From positions 140,368,001-140,432,000 of the forward strand of contig OZ024743.1 of the NCBI GenBank assembly GCA_964016885.1: a stretch of DNA of 64,000 bases, read 5' to 3'. The position numbers and the translations under genes are program-made. The notes beneath the pieces were generated by a model. It searched no databases and was not told the origin of the DNA. It saw only the letters and a list, made by a program, of their open reading frames with translations. The stretch comes from Eledone cirrhosa. Its lineage: Eukaryota. The number at the start of each line of letters is the position of its first letter. The first letter of the stretch is position 1. Positions 1-12,100 of this stretch are shown piece by piece.

Positions 1-419
1 GCTTGGTGTTTGGTGTTTGGTGTTATATGCTTGGTGTTTGATGCTTGGTGCTTGGTGCTTGGTGTTTGGTGTTTGGTGCTTGGTGTTTGATGCTTGGTGT
101 TTGGTGCTTGGTGATTGGTGCTTGGTGTCTGGTGCTTGGTGTTTGGTGTTTGGTGCTAGGTGCTTGGTGTTTGGTGCTTGGTGCTTGGTGTTTGTACTTG
201 GTGCTTGGTGCTTGGTTCTTGGTGTTTGGTGCTTGGTGCTTGGTGCTTGGTGCTTGGTGTTTGGTGCTTGGTGCTTGGTGTTTGGTGCTGGGTGCTTGGT
301 GTTTGGTGTTTGGTGTTATATGCTTGGTGTTTGATGCTTGGTGCTTGGTGCTTGGTGTTTGGTGTTTGGTGCTTGGTGTTTGATGCTTGGTGCTTGGTGC
401 TTGGTGTTTGGTGCTTGGT

Positions 420-3400
420 GCTTGGTGCTTGGTGCTTGATGTTTGGTGTTTGGTGGTTGGTGTTTGGTGCTTGGTGCTTGGTGCTTGGTGTTAGGTGTTT
501 GGTGCTTGGTCCTTGGTGTTTGGTGCTTGGTGTTTGGTGTTTGCTGTCTGCTTTTTGGTGTTTAGTGTTTGCTGTATGGTGTTTGGTGTTTGCTGTTTGG
601 TGTTTGGTCTTTGGTGCTTGGTGTTTGGTGCTTGGTGCTTGGTGTTTGGTGTTTGGTGCTTGGTGCTTGGTGTTTGGTGTTATATGCTTGGTGTTTGATG
701 CTTGGTGCTTGGTGCTTGGTGTTTGGTGTTTGGTGTTTGTACTTGGTGCTTGGTGCTTGGTGCTTGGTGTTTGGTGCTTGGTGTTTGGTGCTTGGTGCTT
801 GGTGCTTGGTGCTTGGTGCTTGGTGTTTGGTGGTTGGTGTTTGGTGCTTGGTGTTAGGTGTTTGGTGCTTGGTGCTTGGTGTTTGGTGTTTGGTGCTTGG
901 TGTTTGGTGTTTGGTGCTTGGTGTTTGGTGCTTGGTACTTGGTGCTTGGTGCTTGGTGTTAGGTGTTTGGTGCTTGGTGTTTGGTGCTTGGTGTTTGGTG
1001 CTTGGTGCTTGGTGCTTGGTGCTTGGTGTTTGGTGGTTGGTGTTTGGTGCTTGGTGTTAGGTGTTTGGTGCTTGGTGCTTGGTGTTTGGTGTTTGGTGCT
1101 TGGTGTTTGGTGTTTGGTGCTTGGTGTTTGGTGCTTTTTGCTTGGTGCTTGGTGCTTGGTGTTTGGTGCTTGGTTCTTGTTGTTTGGTGCTGGGTGCTTG
1201 GTGTTTGGTGTTTGGTGTTATATGCTTGGTGTTTGATGCTTGGTGCTTGGTGCTTGGTGTTTGGTGGTTGGTGCTTGGTGTTTGATGCTTGGTGCTTGGT
1301 GCTTGGTGTTTGGTGCTTGGTGCTTGGTGTTTGGTGCTTGGTGCTTGGTGTTTGGTGTTTGGTGCTTGGTGTTTTTGTGCTTGGTGCTTGGTGCTTGGTG
1401 CTTGGTGTTTGGTGGTTGGTGCTTGGTGCTTGGTGTTAGGTGTTTGGTGCTTGGTGCTTGGTGTTTGGTGTTTGGTGCTTGGTGTTTGGTGTTTGGTGCT
1501 TGGTGTTTGGTGCTTGGTACTTGGTGCTTGGTGCTTGGTGTTAGGTGTTTGGTGCTTGGTGTTTGGTGTCTGGTTTTTGGTGCTTGGTGCTTGGTGTTTG
1601 GTGCTTGCTGCTGGCTGCTTGGTGTTTGGTGCCTCGTGATTGGTGCTTGGTGTTTGGTGCTTGGTGTTTTGTGTTTGGTGCTTGGTATTTGGTGCTTGGT
1701 GCTTGGTGTTTGTACTTGGTGCTTGGTGCTTGGTGTTTGGTTCTTGGTTCTTGGTGTTTGGTGTTTGGCGATTGGTGTTTGGTGCTTGGTGCTTGGTGTT
1801 TGGTGCCTGGTGCTTGGTGCTTGGTGCTTGGTGTTTCGTGTTTGGTGCTTGGTGCTTGGAGTTTGGTGTTTGGTTCTTGGTGCTTGGTGTTTTGTGTTTG
1901 GTGCTTGGTGTTTGATGCTTGGTGCTTGGTGCTTGGTGTTTTGTGTTTGGTGCTTGGTCCTTGGTGGTTGGTGCTTGGTGCTTGGTGCTTGGTGTTTGTA
2001 CTTGGTGCTTGGTGCTTGGTGTTTGGTTCTTGGTTCTTGGTGTTTGGTACTTGGTGCTTGGTGCTTGGTGCTTGATGTTTGGTGTTTGGTGGTTGGTGTT
2101 TGGTGCTTGGTGCTTGGTGCTTGGTGTTAGGTGTTTGGTGCTTGGTCCTTGGTGTTTGGTGCTTGGTGTTTGGTATTTGCTGTCTGCTTTTTGGTGTTTA
2201 GTGTTTGCTGTATGGTGTTTGGTGTTTGCTGTTTGGTGTTTGGTCTTTGGTGCTTGGTGTTTGGTGCTTGGTGCTTGGTGTTTGGTGTTTGGTGCTTGGT
2301 GCTTGGTGTTTGGTGTTATATGCTTGGTGTTTGATGCTTGGTGCTTTGTGCTTGGTGTTTGGTGTTTGGTGTTTGTACTTGGTGCTTGGTGCTTGGTGCT
2401 TGGTGCTTGGTGTTTGGTGCTTGGTGTTTGGTGCTTGGTGCTTGGTGCTTGGTGCTTGGTGCTTGGTGTTTGGTGGTTGGTGTTTGGTGTTTGGTGTTTG
2501 GTGCTTGGTGTTTGGTGTTTGGTGCTTGGTGTTTGGTGCTTGGTACTTGGTGCTTGGTGCTTGGTGTTAGGTGTTTGGTGCTTGGTGTTTGGTGCTTGGT
2601 GCTTGGTGCTTGGTGCTTGGTGCTTGGTGCTTGGTGTTTGGTGGTTGGTGTTTAGTGCTTGGTGTTAGTTGTTTGGTGCTTGGTGCTTGGTGTTTGGTGT
2701 TTGGTGCTTGGTGTTTGGTGTTTGGTGCTTGGTGTTTGGTGCTTTTTGCTTGGTGCTTGGTGCTTGGTGTTTGGTGCTTGGTGCTTGGTGTTTGGTGCTG
2801 GGTGCTTGGTGTTTGGTGTTTGGTGTTATATGCTTGGTGTTTGATGCTTGGTGCTTGGTGCTTGGTGTTTGGTGTTTGGTGCTTGGTGTTTGATGCTTGG
2901 TGCTTGGTGCTTGGTGTTTGGTGCTTGGTGCTTGGTGTTTGGTGCTTGGTGCTTGGTGTTTGGTGCTTGGTGTTTGGTGCTTGATGTTTGGTGCTTGGTG
3001 CTTGGTGCTTGGTGCTTGGTGTTTGGTGGTTGGTGCTTGGTGCTTGGTGTTAGGTGTTTGGTGCTTGGTGCTTGGTGTTTGGTGTTTGGTGCTTGGTGTT
3101 TGGTGTTTGGTGCTTGCTGCTGGCTGCTTGGTGTTTGGTGCTTGGTGATTGGTGCTTGGTGTTTGGTGCTTGGTGTTTGTACTTGGTGCTTGGTGCTTGG
3201 TTCTTGGTGTTTGGTGCTTGGTGCTTGGTGTTTGGTGCTTGGTGCTTGGTGTTTGGTGCTTGGTGTTTGGTGCTTGGTGTTTGGTGCTTGGTTCTTGGTG
3301 CTTGGTGTTTGGTGCTTGGTGTTTGGTGCTTGGTGTTGGGTGTTTGGTGCTTGGTGTTTGGTGCTTGGTACTTGGTGCTTGGTGCTTGGTGTTAGGTGTT

Positions 3401-4970
3401 TGGTGCTTGGTGTTTGGAGTCTGGTTTTTGGTGCTTGGTGCTTGGTGTTTGGTGCTTGCTGCTGGCTGCTTGGTGTTTGGTGCTTGGTGATTGGTGCTTG
3501 GTGTTTGGTGCTTGGTGTTTGGTGTTTGGTGCTAGATGCTTGGTGTTTGGTGCTTGGTGCTTGGTGTTTGTACTTGGTGCTTGGTGCTTGGTTCTTGGTG
3601 TTTGGTGCTTGGTGCTTGGTGTTTGGTGCTTGGTGCTTGGTGTTTGGTGCTTGGTGTTTGGTGCTTGGTGCTTGGTGCTTGGTGTTTGTACTTGGTGCTT
3701 GGTGCTTGGTGTTTGGTTCTTGGTTCTTGGTGTTTGGTACTTGGTGCTTGGTGCTTGGTGCTTGATGTTTGGTGTTTGGTGGTTGGTGTTTGGTGCTTGG
3801 TGCTTGGTGCTTGGTGTTAGGTGTTTGGTGCTTGGTCCTTGGTGTTTGGTGCTTGGTGTTTGGTGTTTGCTGTCTGCTTTTTGGTGTTTAGTGTTTGCTG
3901 TATGGTGTTTGGTGTTTGCTGTTTGGTGATTGGTCTTTGGTGCTTGGTGTTTGGTGCTTGGTGCTTGGTGTTTGGTGTTTGGTGCTTGGTGCTTGGTGTT
4001 TGGTGTTATATGCTTGGTGTTTGATGCTTGGTGCTTGGTGCTTGGTGTTTGGTGTTTGGTGTTTGTACTTGGTGCTTGGTGCTTGGTGCTTGGTGTTTGG
4101 TGCTTGGTGTTTGGTGCTTGGTGCTTGGTGCTTGGTGCTTGGTGCTTGGTGTTTGGTGGTTGGTGTTTGGTGCTTGGTGTTAGGTGTTTGGTGCTTGGTG
4201 CTTGGTGTTTGGTGTTTGGTGCTTGGTGTTTGGTGTTTGGTGCTTGGTGTTTGGTGCTTGGTACTTGGTGCTTGGTGCTTGGTGTTAGGTGTTTGGTGCT
4301 TGGTGTTTGGTGCTTGGTGTTTGGTGCTTGGTGCTTGGTGCTTGGTGCTTGGTGTTTGGTGGTTGGTGTTTGGTGCTTGGTGTTAGATGTTTGGTGCTTG
4401 GTGCTTGGTGTTTGGTGTTTGGTGCTTGGTGTTTGGTGTTTGGTGCTTGGTGTTTGGTGCTTTTTGCTTGGTGCTTGGTGCTTGGTGTTTGGTGCTTGGT
4501 TCTTGGTGTTTGGTGCTGGGTGCTTGGTGTTTGGTGTTTGGTGTTATATGCTTGGTGTTTGATGCTTGGTGCTTGGTGCTTGGTGTTTGGTGTTTGGTGC
4601 TTGGTGTTTGATGCTTGGTGCTTGGTGCTTGGTGTTTGGTGCTTGGTGCTTGGTGTTTGGTGCTTGGTGCTTGGTGTTTGGTGTTTGGTGCTTGGTGTTT
4701 GGTGCTTGGTGCTTGGTGCTTGGTGCTTGGTGTTTGGAGGTTGGTGCTTGGTGCTTGGTGTTAGGTGTTTGGTGCTTGGTGCTTGGTGTTTGGTGTTTGG
4801 TGCTTGGTGTTTGGTGTTTGGTGCTTGGTGTTTGGTGCTTGGTACTTGGTGCTTGGTGCTTGGTGTTAGGTGTTTGGTGCTTGGTGTTTGGTGTCTGGTT
4901 TTTGGTGCTTGGTGCTTGGTGTTTGGTGCTTGCTGCTGGCTGCTTGGTGTTTGGTGCCTGGTGATTGGTG
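420..4970 (+). repeat. ~1.65 kb higher-order repeat units (periods 1636 and 1690 bp; units 1 and 3 offset 3326 bp)
   Basis: Marker TTGCTGTCTGCTTTTTGGTGTTTAGTGTTTGCTGTATGG lies at ~541, ~2177 and ~3867. Matching 67-aa ORFs start at 495, 2131 and 3821. ORF pairs 569/3895 and 963/4289 are offset by 3326. Boundaries are approximate. Confidence 0.8.
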
Positions 4971-7700
4971 CTTGGTGTTTGGTGCTTGGTGTTTGGTGTT
5001 TGGTGCTAGGTGCTTGGTGTTTGGTTCTTGGTGCTTGGTGTTTGTACTTGGTGCTTGGTGCTTGGTTCTTGGTGTTTGGTGCTTGTTGCTTGGTGTTTGG
5101 TGCTTGGTGCTTGGTGTTTGGTGCTTGGTGCTTGGTGTTTGGTGCTTGCTGCTGGCTGCTTGGTGTTATATGCTTGGTGTTTGATGCTTGGTGCTTGGTG
5201 CTTGGTGTTTGGTGTTTGGTGCTTGGTGTTTGATGCTTGGTGCTTGGTGCTTGGTGTTTGGTAATTGGTGCTTGGTGTTTGGTGCTTGGTGCTTGGTGCT
5301 TGGTGTTTGGTAATTGGTGCTTGGTGCTTGGTGTTTGATGCTTGGTGTTTGGTAATTGGTGCTTGGTGTTTGGTGCTTGGTGCTTGGTGTTTGGTGCTTG
5401 GTGTTTGGTGCTTGGTGTTTGGTGCTTGGTGCTTGGTGCTTGGTGCTTGGTGTTTGGTGGTTGGTGCTTGGTGCTTGGTGTTAGGTGTTTGGTGCTTGGT
5501 GCTTGGTGTTTGGTGTTTGGTGCTTGGTGTATGGTGTTTGGTGCTTGGTGTTTGGTGCTTGGTACTTGGTGCTTGGTGCTTGGTGTTAGGTGTTTGGTGC
5601 TTGGTGTTTGGTGTCTGGTTTTTGGTGCTTGGTGCTTGGTGTTTGGTGCTTGCTGCTGGCTGCTTGGTGTTTTGTGCTTGGTGATTGGTGCTTGGTGTTT
5701 GGTGCTTGGTGTTTGGTGTTTGGTGCTTGGTGTTTGGTGCTTGGTGCTTGGTGTTTGTACTTGGTGCTTGGTGCTTGGTTCTTGGTGTTTGGTGCTTGGT
5801 GCTTGGTGTTTGGTGCTTGGTGCTTGGTGTTTGGTGCTTGGTGTTTGGTGCTTGGTGTTTGGTGCTTGGTTCTTGGTGCTTGGTGTTTGGTGCTTGGTGT
5901 TTGGTGCTTGGTGTTAGGTGTTTGGTGCTTGGTGTTTGGTGCTTGGTACTTGGTGCTTGTTGCTTGGTGTTAGGTGTTTGGTGCTTGGTGTTTGGTGTCT
6001 GGTTTTTGGTGCTTGGTGCTTGGTGTTTGGTGCTTGCTGCTGGCTGCTTGGTGTTTGGTGCTTGGTGATTGGTGCTTGGTGTTTGGTGCTTGGTGTTTGG
6101 TGTTTGGTGCTAGATGCTTGGTGTTTGGTGCTTGGTGCTTGGTGTTTGTACTTGGTGCTTGGTGCTTGGTTCTTGGTGTTTGGTGCTTGGTGCTTGGTGT
6201 TTGGTGCTTGGTGCTTGGTGTTTGGTGCTTGGTGTTTGGTGCTTGGTGCTTGGTGCTTGGTGTTTGTACTTGGTGCTTGGTGCTTGGTGTTTGGTTCTTG
6301 GTTCTTGGTGTTTGGTACTTGGTGCTTGGTGCTTGGTGCTTGATGTTTGGTGTTTGGTGGTTGGTGTTTGGTGCTTGGTGCTTGGTGCTTGGTGTTAGGT
6401 GTTTGGTGCTTGGTCCTTGGTGTTTGGTGCTTGGTGTTTGGTGTTTGCTGTCTGCTTTTTGGTGTTTAGTGTTTGCTGTATGGTGTTTGGTGTTTGCTGT
6501 TTGGTGTTTGGTCTTTGGTGCTTGGTGTTTGGTGCTTGGTGCTTGGTGTTTGGTGTTTGGTGCTTGGTGCTTGGTGTTTGGTGTTATATGCTTGGTGTTT
6601 GATGCTTGGTGCTTGGTGCTTGGTGTTTGGTGTTTGGTGTTTGTACTTGGTGCTTGGTGCTTGGTGCTTGGTGTTTGGTGCTTGGTGTTTGGTGCTTGGT
6701 GCTTGGTGCTTGGTGCTTGGTGCTTGGTGTTTGGTGGTTGGTGTTTGGTGCTTGGTGTTAGGTGTTTGGTGCTTGGTGCTTGGTGTTTGGTGTTTGGTGC
6801 TTGGTGTTTGGTGTTTGGTGCTTGGTGTTTGGTGCTTGGTACTTGGTGCTTGGTGCTTGGTGTTAGGTGTTTGGTGCTTGGTGTTTGGTGCTTGGTGTTT
6901 GGTGCTTGGTGCTTGGTGCTTGGTGCTTGGTGTTTGGTGGTTGGTGTTTGGTGCTTGGTGTTAGGTGTTTGGTGCTTGGTGCTTGGTGTTTGGTGTTTGG
7001 TGCTTGGTGTTTGGTGTTTGGTGCTTGGTGTTTGGTGCTTTTTGCTTGGTGCTTGGTGCTTGGTGTTTGGTGCTTGGTTCTTGGTGTTTGGTGCTGGGTG
7101 CTTGGTGTTTGGTGTTTGGTGTTATATGCTTGGTGTTTGATGCTTGGTGCTTGGTGCTTGGTGTTTGGTGTTTGGTGCTTGGTGTTTGATGCTTGGTGCT
7201 TGGTGCTTGGTGTTTGGTGCTTGGTGCTTGGTGTTTGGTGCTTGGTGCTTGGTGTTTGGTGTTTGGTGCTTGGTGTTTGGTGCTTGGTGCTTGGTGCTTG
7301 GTGCTTGGTGTTTGGTGGTTGGTGCTTGGTGCTTGGTGTTAGGTGTTTGGTGCTTGGTGCTTGGTGTTTGGTGTTTGGTGCTTGGTGTTTGGTGTTTGGT
7401 GCTTGGTGTTTGGTGCTTGGTACTTGGTGCTTGGTGCTTGGTGTTAGGTGTTTGGTGCTTGGTGTTTGGTGTTTGGTGCTTGCTGCTGGCTGCTTGGTGT
7501 TTGGTGCCTGGTGATTGGTGCTTGGTGTTTGGTGCTTGGTGTTTGGTGTTTGGTGCTAGGTGCTTGGTGTTTGGTTCTTGGTGCTTGGTGTTTGTACTTG
7601 GTGCTTGGTGCTTGGTTCTTGGTGTTTGGTGCTTGGTGCTTGGTGTTTGGTGCTTGGTGCTTGGTGTTTGGTGCTTGGTGTTTGGTGCTTGGTGTTTGGT
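3160..7700 (+). repeat. 2578-bp-offset duplication (~3160-5150 vs ~5740-7700)
   Basis: ORF pairs 3396/5974, 3536/6114, 3821/6399, 4289/6867, 4566/7144 and 4870/7448 are all offset by 2578, then by 2550 after a 28-bp loss. Shared rare markers: GCTAGATGC (~3531, ~6109) and GTGCCTGGTGATTGG (~4954, ~7504). Confidence 0.88.
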
Positions 7701-9199
7701 GCTTGGTGCTTGGTGCTTGGTGTTTGGTGCCTGGTGTTTGGTGCTTGGTGTTAGGTGTTTGGTGCTTGGTGCTTGGTGTTAGGTGTTTGGTGCTTGGTGT
7801 TTGGTGCTTGGTGTTTGGTGCTTGGTGCTTGGTGCTTGGTGCTTGGTGTTTGGTGGTTGGTGTTTGGTGCTTGGTGTTAGGTGTTTGGTGCTTGGTGCTT
7901 GGTGTTTGGTGTTTGGTACTTGGTGTTTGGTGTTTGGTGCTTGGTGTTTGGTGCTTTTTGCTTGGTGCTTGGTGCTTGGTGTTTGGTGCTTGGTGCTTGG
8001 TGTTTGGTGCTGGGTGCTTGGTGTTTGGTGTTTGGTGTTATATGCTTGGTGTTTGATGCTTGGTGCTTGGTGCTTGGTGTTTGGTGTTTGGTGCTTGGTG
8101 TTTGATGCTTGGTGCTTGGTGCTTGGTGTTTGGTGCTTGGTGCTTGGTGTTTGGTGCTTGGTGCTTGGTGTTTGGTGCTTGGTGTTTGGTGCTTGGTGTT
8201 TGGTGCTTGGTGCTTGGTGCTCGGTGCTTGGTGTTTGGTGGTTGGTGCTTGGTGCTTGGTGTTAGGTGTTTGGTGCTTGGTGCTTGGTGTTTGGTGTTTG
8301 GTGCTTGGTGTTTGGTGTTTGGTGCTTGGTGTTTGGTGCTTGGTACTTGGTGCTTGGTGCTTGGTGTTAGGTGTTTGGTGCTTGGTGTTTGGTGTCTGGT
8401 TTTTGGTGCTTGGTGCTTGGTGTTTGGTGCTTGCTGCTGGCTGCTTGGTGTTTTGTGCTTGGTGATTGGTGCTTGGTGTTTGGTGCTTGGTGTTTGGTGT
8501 TTGGTGCTAGGTGCTTGGTGTTTGGTGCTTGGTGCTTGGTGTTTGTACTTGGTGCTTGGTGCTTGGTTCTTGGTGTTTGGTGCTTGGTGCTTGGTGTTTG
8601 GTGCATGGTGCTTGGTGTTTGGTGCTTGGTGTTTGGTGCTTGGTGTTAGGTGTGTGGTGCTTGGTGCTTGGTGTTTGGTGTTTGGTGCTTGGTGTTTGGT
8701 GTTTGGTGTTATATGCTTGGTGTTTGATGCTTGGTGCTTGGTGCTTGGTGTTTGGTGCTTGGTGTTTGATGCTTGGTGCTTGGTGCTTGGTGTTTGGTGC
8801 TTGGTGCTTGGTGTTTGGTGTTTGGTGCTTGGTGTTTGGTATTTGGTGTTATATGCTTGGTGTTTGATGCTTGGTGCTTGGTGCTTGGTGTTTGGTGTTT
8901 GGTGTTTGTACTTGGTGCTTGGTGCTTGGTGCTTGGTGTTTGGTGCTTGGTGTTTGGTGCTTGGTGCTTGGTGCTTGGTGCTTGGTGCTTGGTGTTTGGT
9001 GGTTGGTGTTTGGTGCTTGGTGTTAGGTGTTTGGTGCTTGGTGCTTGGTGTTTGGTGTTTGGTGCTTGGTGTTTGGTGTTTGGTGCTTGGTGTTTGGTGC
9101 TTGGTACTTGGTGCTTGGTGCTTGGTGTTAGGTGTTTGGTGCTTGGTGTTTGGTGCTTGGTGTTTGGTGCTTGGTGCTTGGTGCATGGTGCTTGGTGTT

Positions 9200-12100
9200 T
9201 GGTGGTTGGTGTTTGGTGCTTGGTGTTAGGTGTTTGGTGCTTGGTGCTTGGTGTTTGGTGTTTGGTGCTTGGTGTTTGGTGTTTGGTGCTTGGTGTTTGG
9301 TGCTTTTTGCTTGGTGTTTGGTGCTTGGTTCTTGGTGTTTGGTGCTGGGTGCTTGGTGTTTGGTGTTTGGTGTTATATGCTTGGTGTTTGATGCTTGGTG
9401 CTTGGTGCTTGGTGTTTGGTGTTTGGTGCTTGGTGTTTGATGCTTGGTGCTTGGTGCTTGGTGTTTGGTGCTTGGTGCTTGGTGCTTGGTGTTTGGTGCT
9501 TGGTGTTTGGTGCTTGGTGTTTGGTGCTTGGTGCTTGGTGCTTGGTGTTTGGTGGTTGGTGCTTGGTGCTTGGTGTTAGGTGTTTGGTGCTTGGTGCTTG
9601 GTGTTTGGTGTATGGTGCTTGGTGTTTGGTGTTTGGTGTTTGGTGTTTGGTGCTTGGTACTTGGTGCTTGGTGCTTGGTGTTAGGTGTTTGGTGCTTGGT
9701 GTTTGGTGTCTGGTTTTTGGTGCTTGGTGCTTGGTGTTTGGTGCTTGCTGCTGGCTGCTTGGTGTTTGGTGCTTGGTGATTGGTTCTTGGTGTTTGGTGT
9801 TTGGTGTTTGGTGTTTGGTGCTAGGTGCTTGGTGTTTGGTGCTTGGTGCTTGGTGTTTGTACTTGGTGCTTGGTGCTTGGTTCTTGGTGTTTGGTGCTTG
9901 GTGCTTGGTGTTTGGTGCTTGGTGCTTGGTGTTTGGTGCTTGGTGTTTGGTGCTTGGTGTTTGGTGCTTGGTGCTTGGTGCTTGGTGTTTGGTGCTTGGT
10001 GTTTGGTGCTTGGTGTTAGGTGTTTGGTGCTTGGTGCTTGGTGTTAGGTGTTTGGTGCTTGGTATTTGGTGCTTGGTGTTTGGTGCTTGGTGCTTGGTGC
10101 TTGGTGCTTGGTGTTTGGTGGTTGGTGTTTGGTGCTTGGTGTTAGGTGTTTGGTGCTTGGTGCTTGGTGTTTGGTGTTTGGTGCTTGGTGTTTGGTGTTT
10201 GGTGCTTGGTGTTTGGTGCTTTTTGCTTGGTGCTTGGTGCTTGGTGTTTGGTGCTTGGTTCTTGGTGTTTGGTGCTGGGTGCTTGGTGTTTGGTGTTTGG
10301 TGTTATATGCTTGGTGTTTGATGCTTGGTGCTTGGTGCTTGGTGTTTGGTGTTTGGTGCTTGGTGTTTGATGCTTGGTGCTTGGTGCTTGGTGTTTGGTG
10401 CTTGGTGCTTGGTGCTTGGTGTTTGGTGCTTGGTGTTTGGTGCTTGGTATTTGGTGCTTGGTGCTTGGTGCTTGGTGTTTGGTGGTTGGTGCTTGGTGCT
10501 TGGTGTTAGGTGTTTGGTGCTTGGTGCTTGGTGTTTGGTGCTTGGTGTTTGGTGTTTGGTGTTTGGTGTTTGGTGCTTGGTACTTGGTGCTTGGTGCTTG
10601 GTGTTAGGTGTTTGGTGCTTGGTGTTTGGTGTCTGGTTTTTGGTGCTTGGTGCTTGGTGTTTGGTGCTTGCTGCTGGCTGCTTGGTGTTTGGTGCTTGTT
10701 GATTGGTGCTTGGTGTTTGGTGCTAGGTGCTTGGTGTTTGGTGCTTGGTGCTTGGTGTTTGTATTTGGTGCTTGGTGCTTGGTTCTTGGTGTTTGGTGCT
10801 TGGTGCTTGGTGTTTGGTGCTTGGTGCTTGGTGTTTGGTGCTTGGTGTTTGGTGCTTGGTGTTTGGTGCTTGGTGCTTGGTGCTTGGTGTTTGGTGCTTG
10901 GTGTTTGGTGCTTGGTGTTAGGTGTTTGGTGCTTGGTGCTTGGTGTTAGGTGTTTGGTGCTTGGTGTTTGGTGCTTGGTGTTTGGTGCTTGGTGCTTGGT
11001 GCTTGGTGCTTGGTGTTTGGTGGTTGGCGTTTGGTGCTTGGTGTTAGGTGTTTGGTGCTTGGTGCTTGGTGTTTGGTGTTTGGTGCTTGGTGTTTCGTGT
11101 TTGGTGCTTGGTGTTTGGTGCTTTTTGCTTGGTGCTTGGTGCTTGGTGTTTGGTGCTTGGTGCTTGGTGTTTGGTGCTGGGTGCTTGGTGTTTGGTGTTT
11201 GGTGTTATATGCTTGGTGTTTGATGCTTGGTGCTTGGTGCTTGGTGTTTGGTGTTTGGTGCTTGGTGTTTGATGCTTGGTGCTTGGTGCTTGGTGTTTGG
11301 TGCTTGGTGCTTGGTGTTTGGTGCTTGGTGCTTGGTGTTTGGTGCTTGGTGTTTGGTGCTTGGTGTTTGGTGCTTGGTGCTTGGTGCTTGGTGCTTGGTG
11401 CTTGGTGTTTGGTGGTTGGTGCTTGGTGCTTGGTGTTAGGTGTTTGGTGCTTGGTGCTTGGTGTTTGGTGTTTGGTGCTTGGTGTTTGGTGTTTGGTGCT
11501 TGGTGTTTGGTGCTTGGTACTTGGTGCTTGGTGCTTGGTGTTAGGTGTTTGGTGCTTGGTGTTTGGTGTCTGGTTTTTGGTGCTTGGTGCTTGGTGCTTA
11601 GTGTTTGGTGCTTGGTGCTTAGTGTTTGGTGCTAGGTGCTTGGTGTTTGGTGCTTGGTGCTTGGTGTTTGGTGCCTGGTGCTTGGTGTTTGGTGTTTGGT
11701 GTTTGGTGCTTGGTGCTTGGTGTTTGGTGTTTGCTGTTTGCTGTTTGTTGTTTGGTGTTTGCTGTTTGGTGTTTGGTGTTTGCTTTTTGGTGCTTGGTGT
11801 TTGATGCTTGGTGCTTGGTGCTTGGTGTTTGGTGCTTGGTGCTTGGTGTTTGGTGTTTGGTGCTTGGTGCTTGGTGTTTGGTGCTTGCTGCTGGCTGCTT
11901 GGTGTTTGATGCTTGGTGATTGGTGCTTGGTGTTTGGTGCTTGGTGTTTGGTGTTTGGTGCTAGGTGCTTGGTGTTTGGTGCTTGGTGCTTGGTGTTTGT
12001 ACTTGGTGCTTGGTGCTTGGTTCTTGGTGTTTGGTGCTTGGTGCTTGGTGTTTGGTGCTTGGTGCTTGGTGTTTGGTGCTTGGTGTTTGGTGCTTGGTGT

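Noticed and set aside
22-30. GTTATATGC as a TATA or -10 promoter element
   Set aside because: It is a variant monomer (TATATGC) propagated by duplication, a poor match to TATAAA/TATAAT, with no downstream gene.
851-862. TTAGG as an arthropod telomeric repeat tract
   Set aside because: It occurs only as isolated single copies produced by one T>A change in the monomer, never in tandem.
1373-1380. Singleton 8-bp monomer TTTTGTGC (and 1-bp deletions at ~15366 and ~16860) as meaningful phase switches
   Set aside because: Each is absent from its paralogous copy and lies in a short T run, so sequencing error cannot be excluded.
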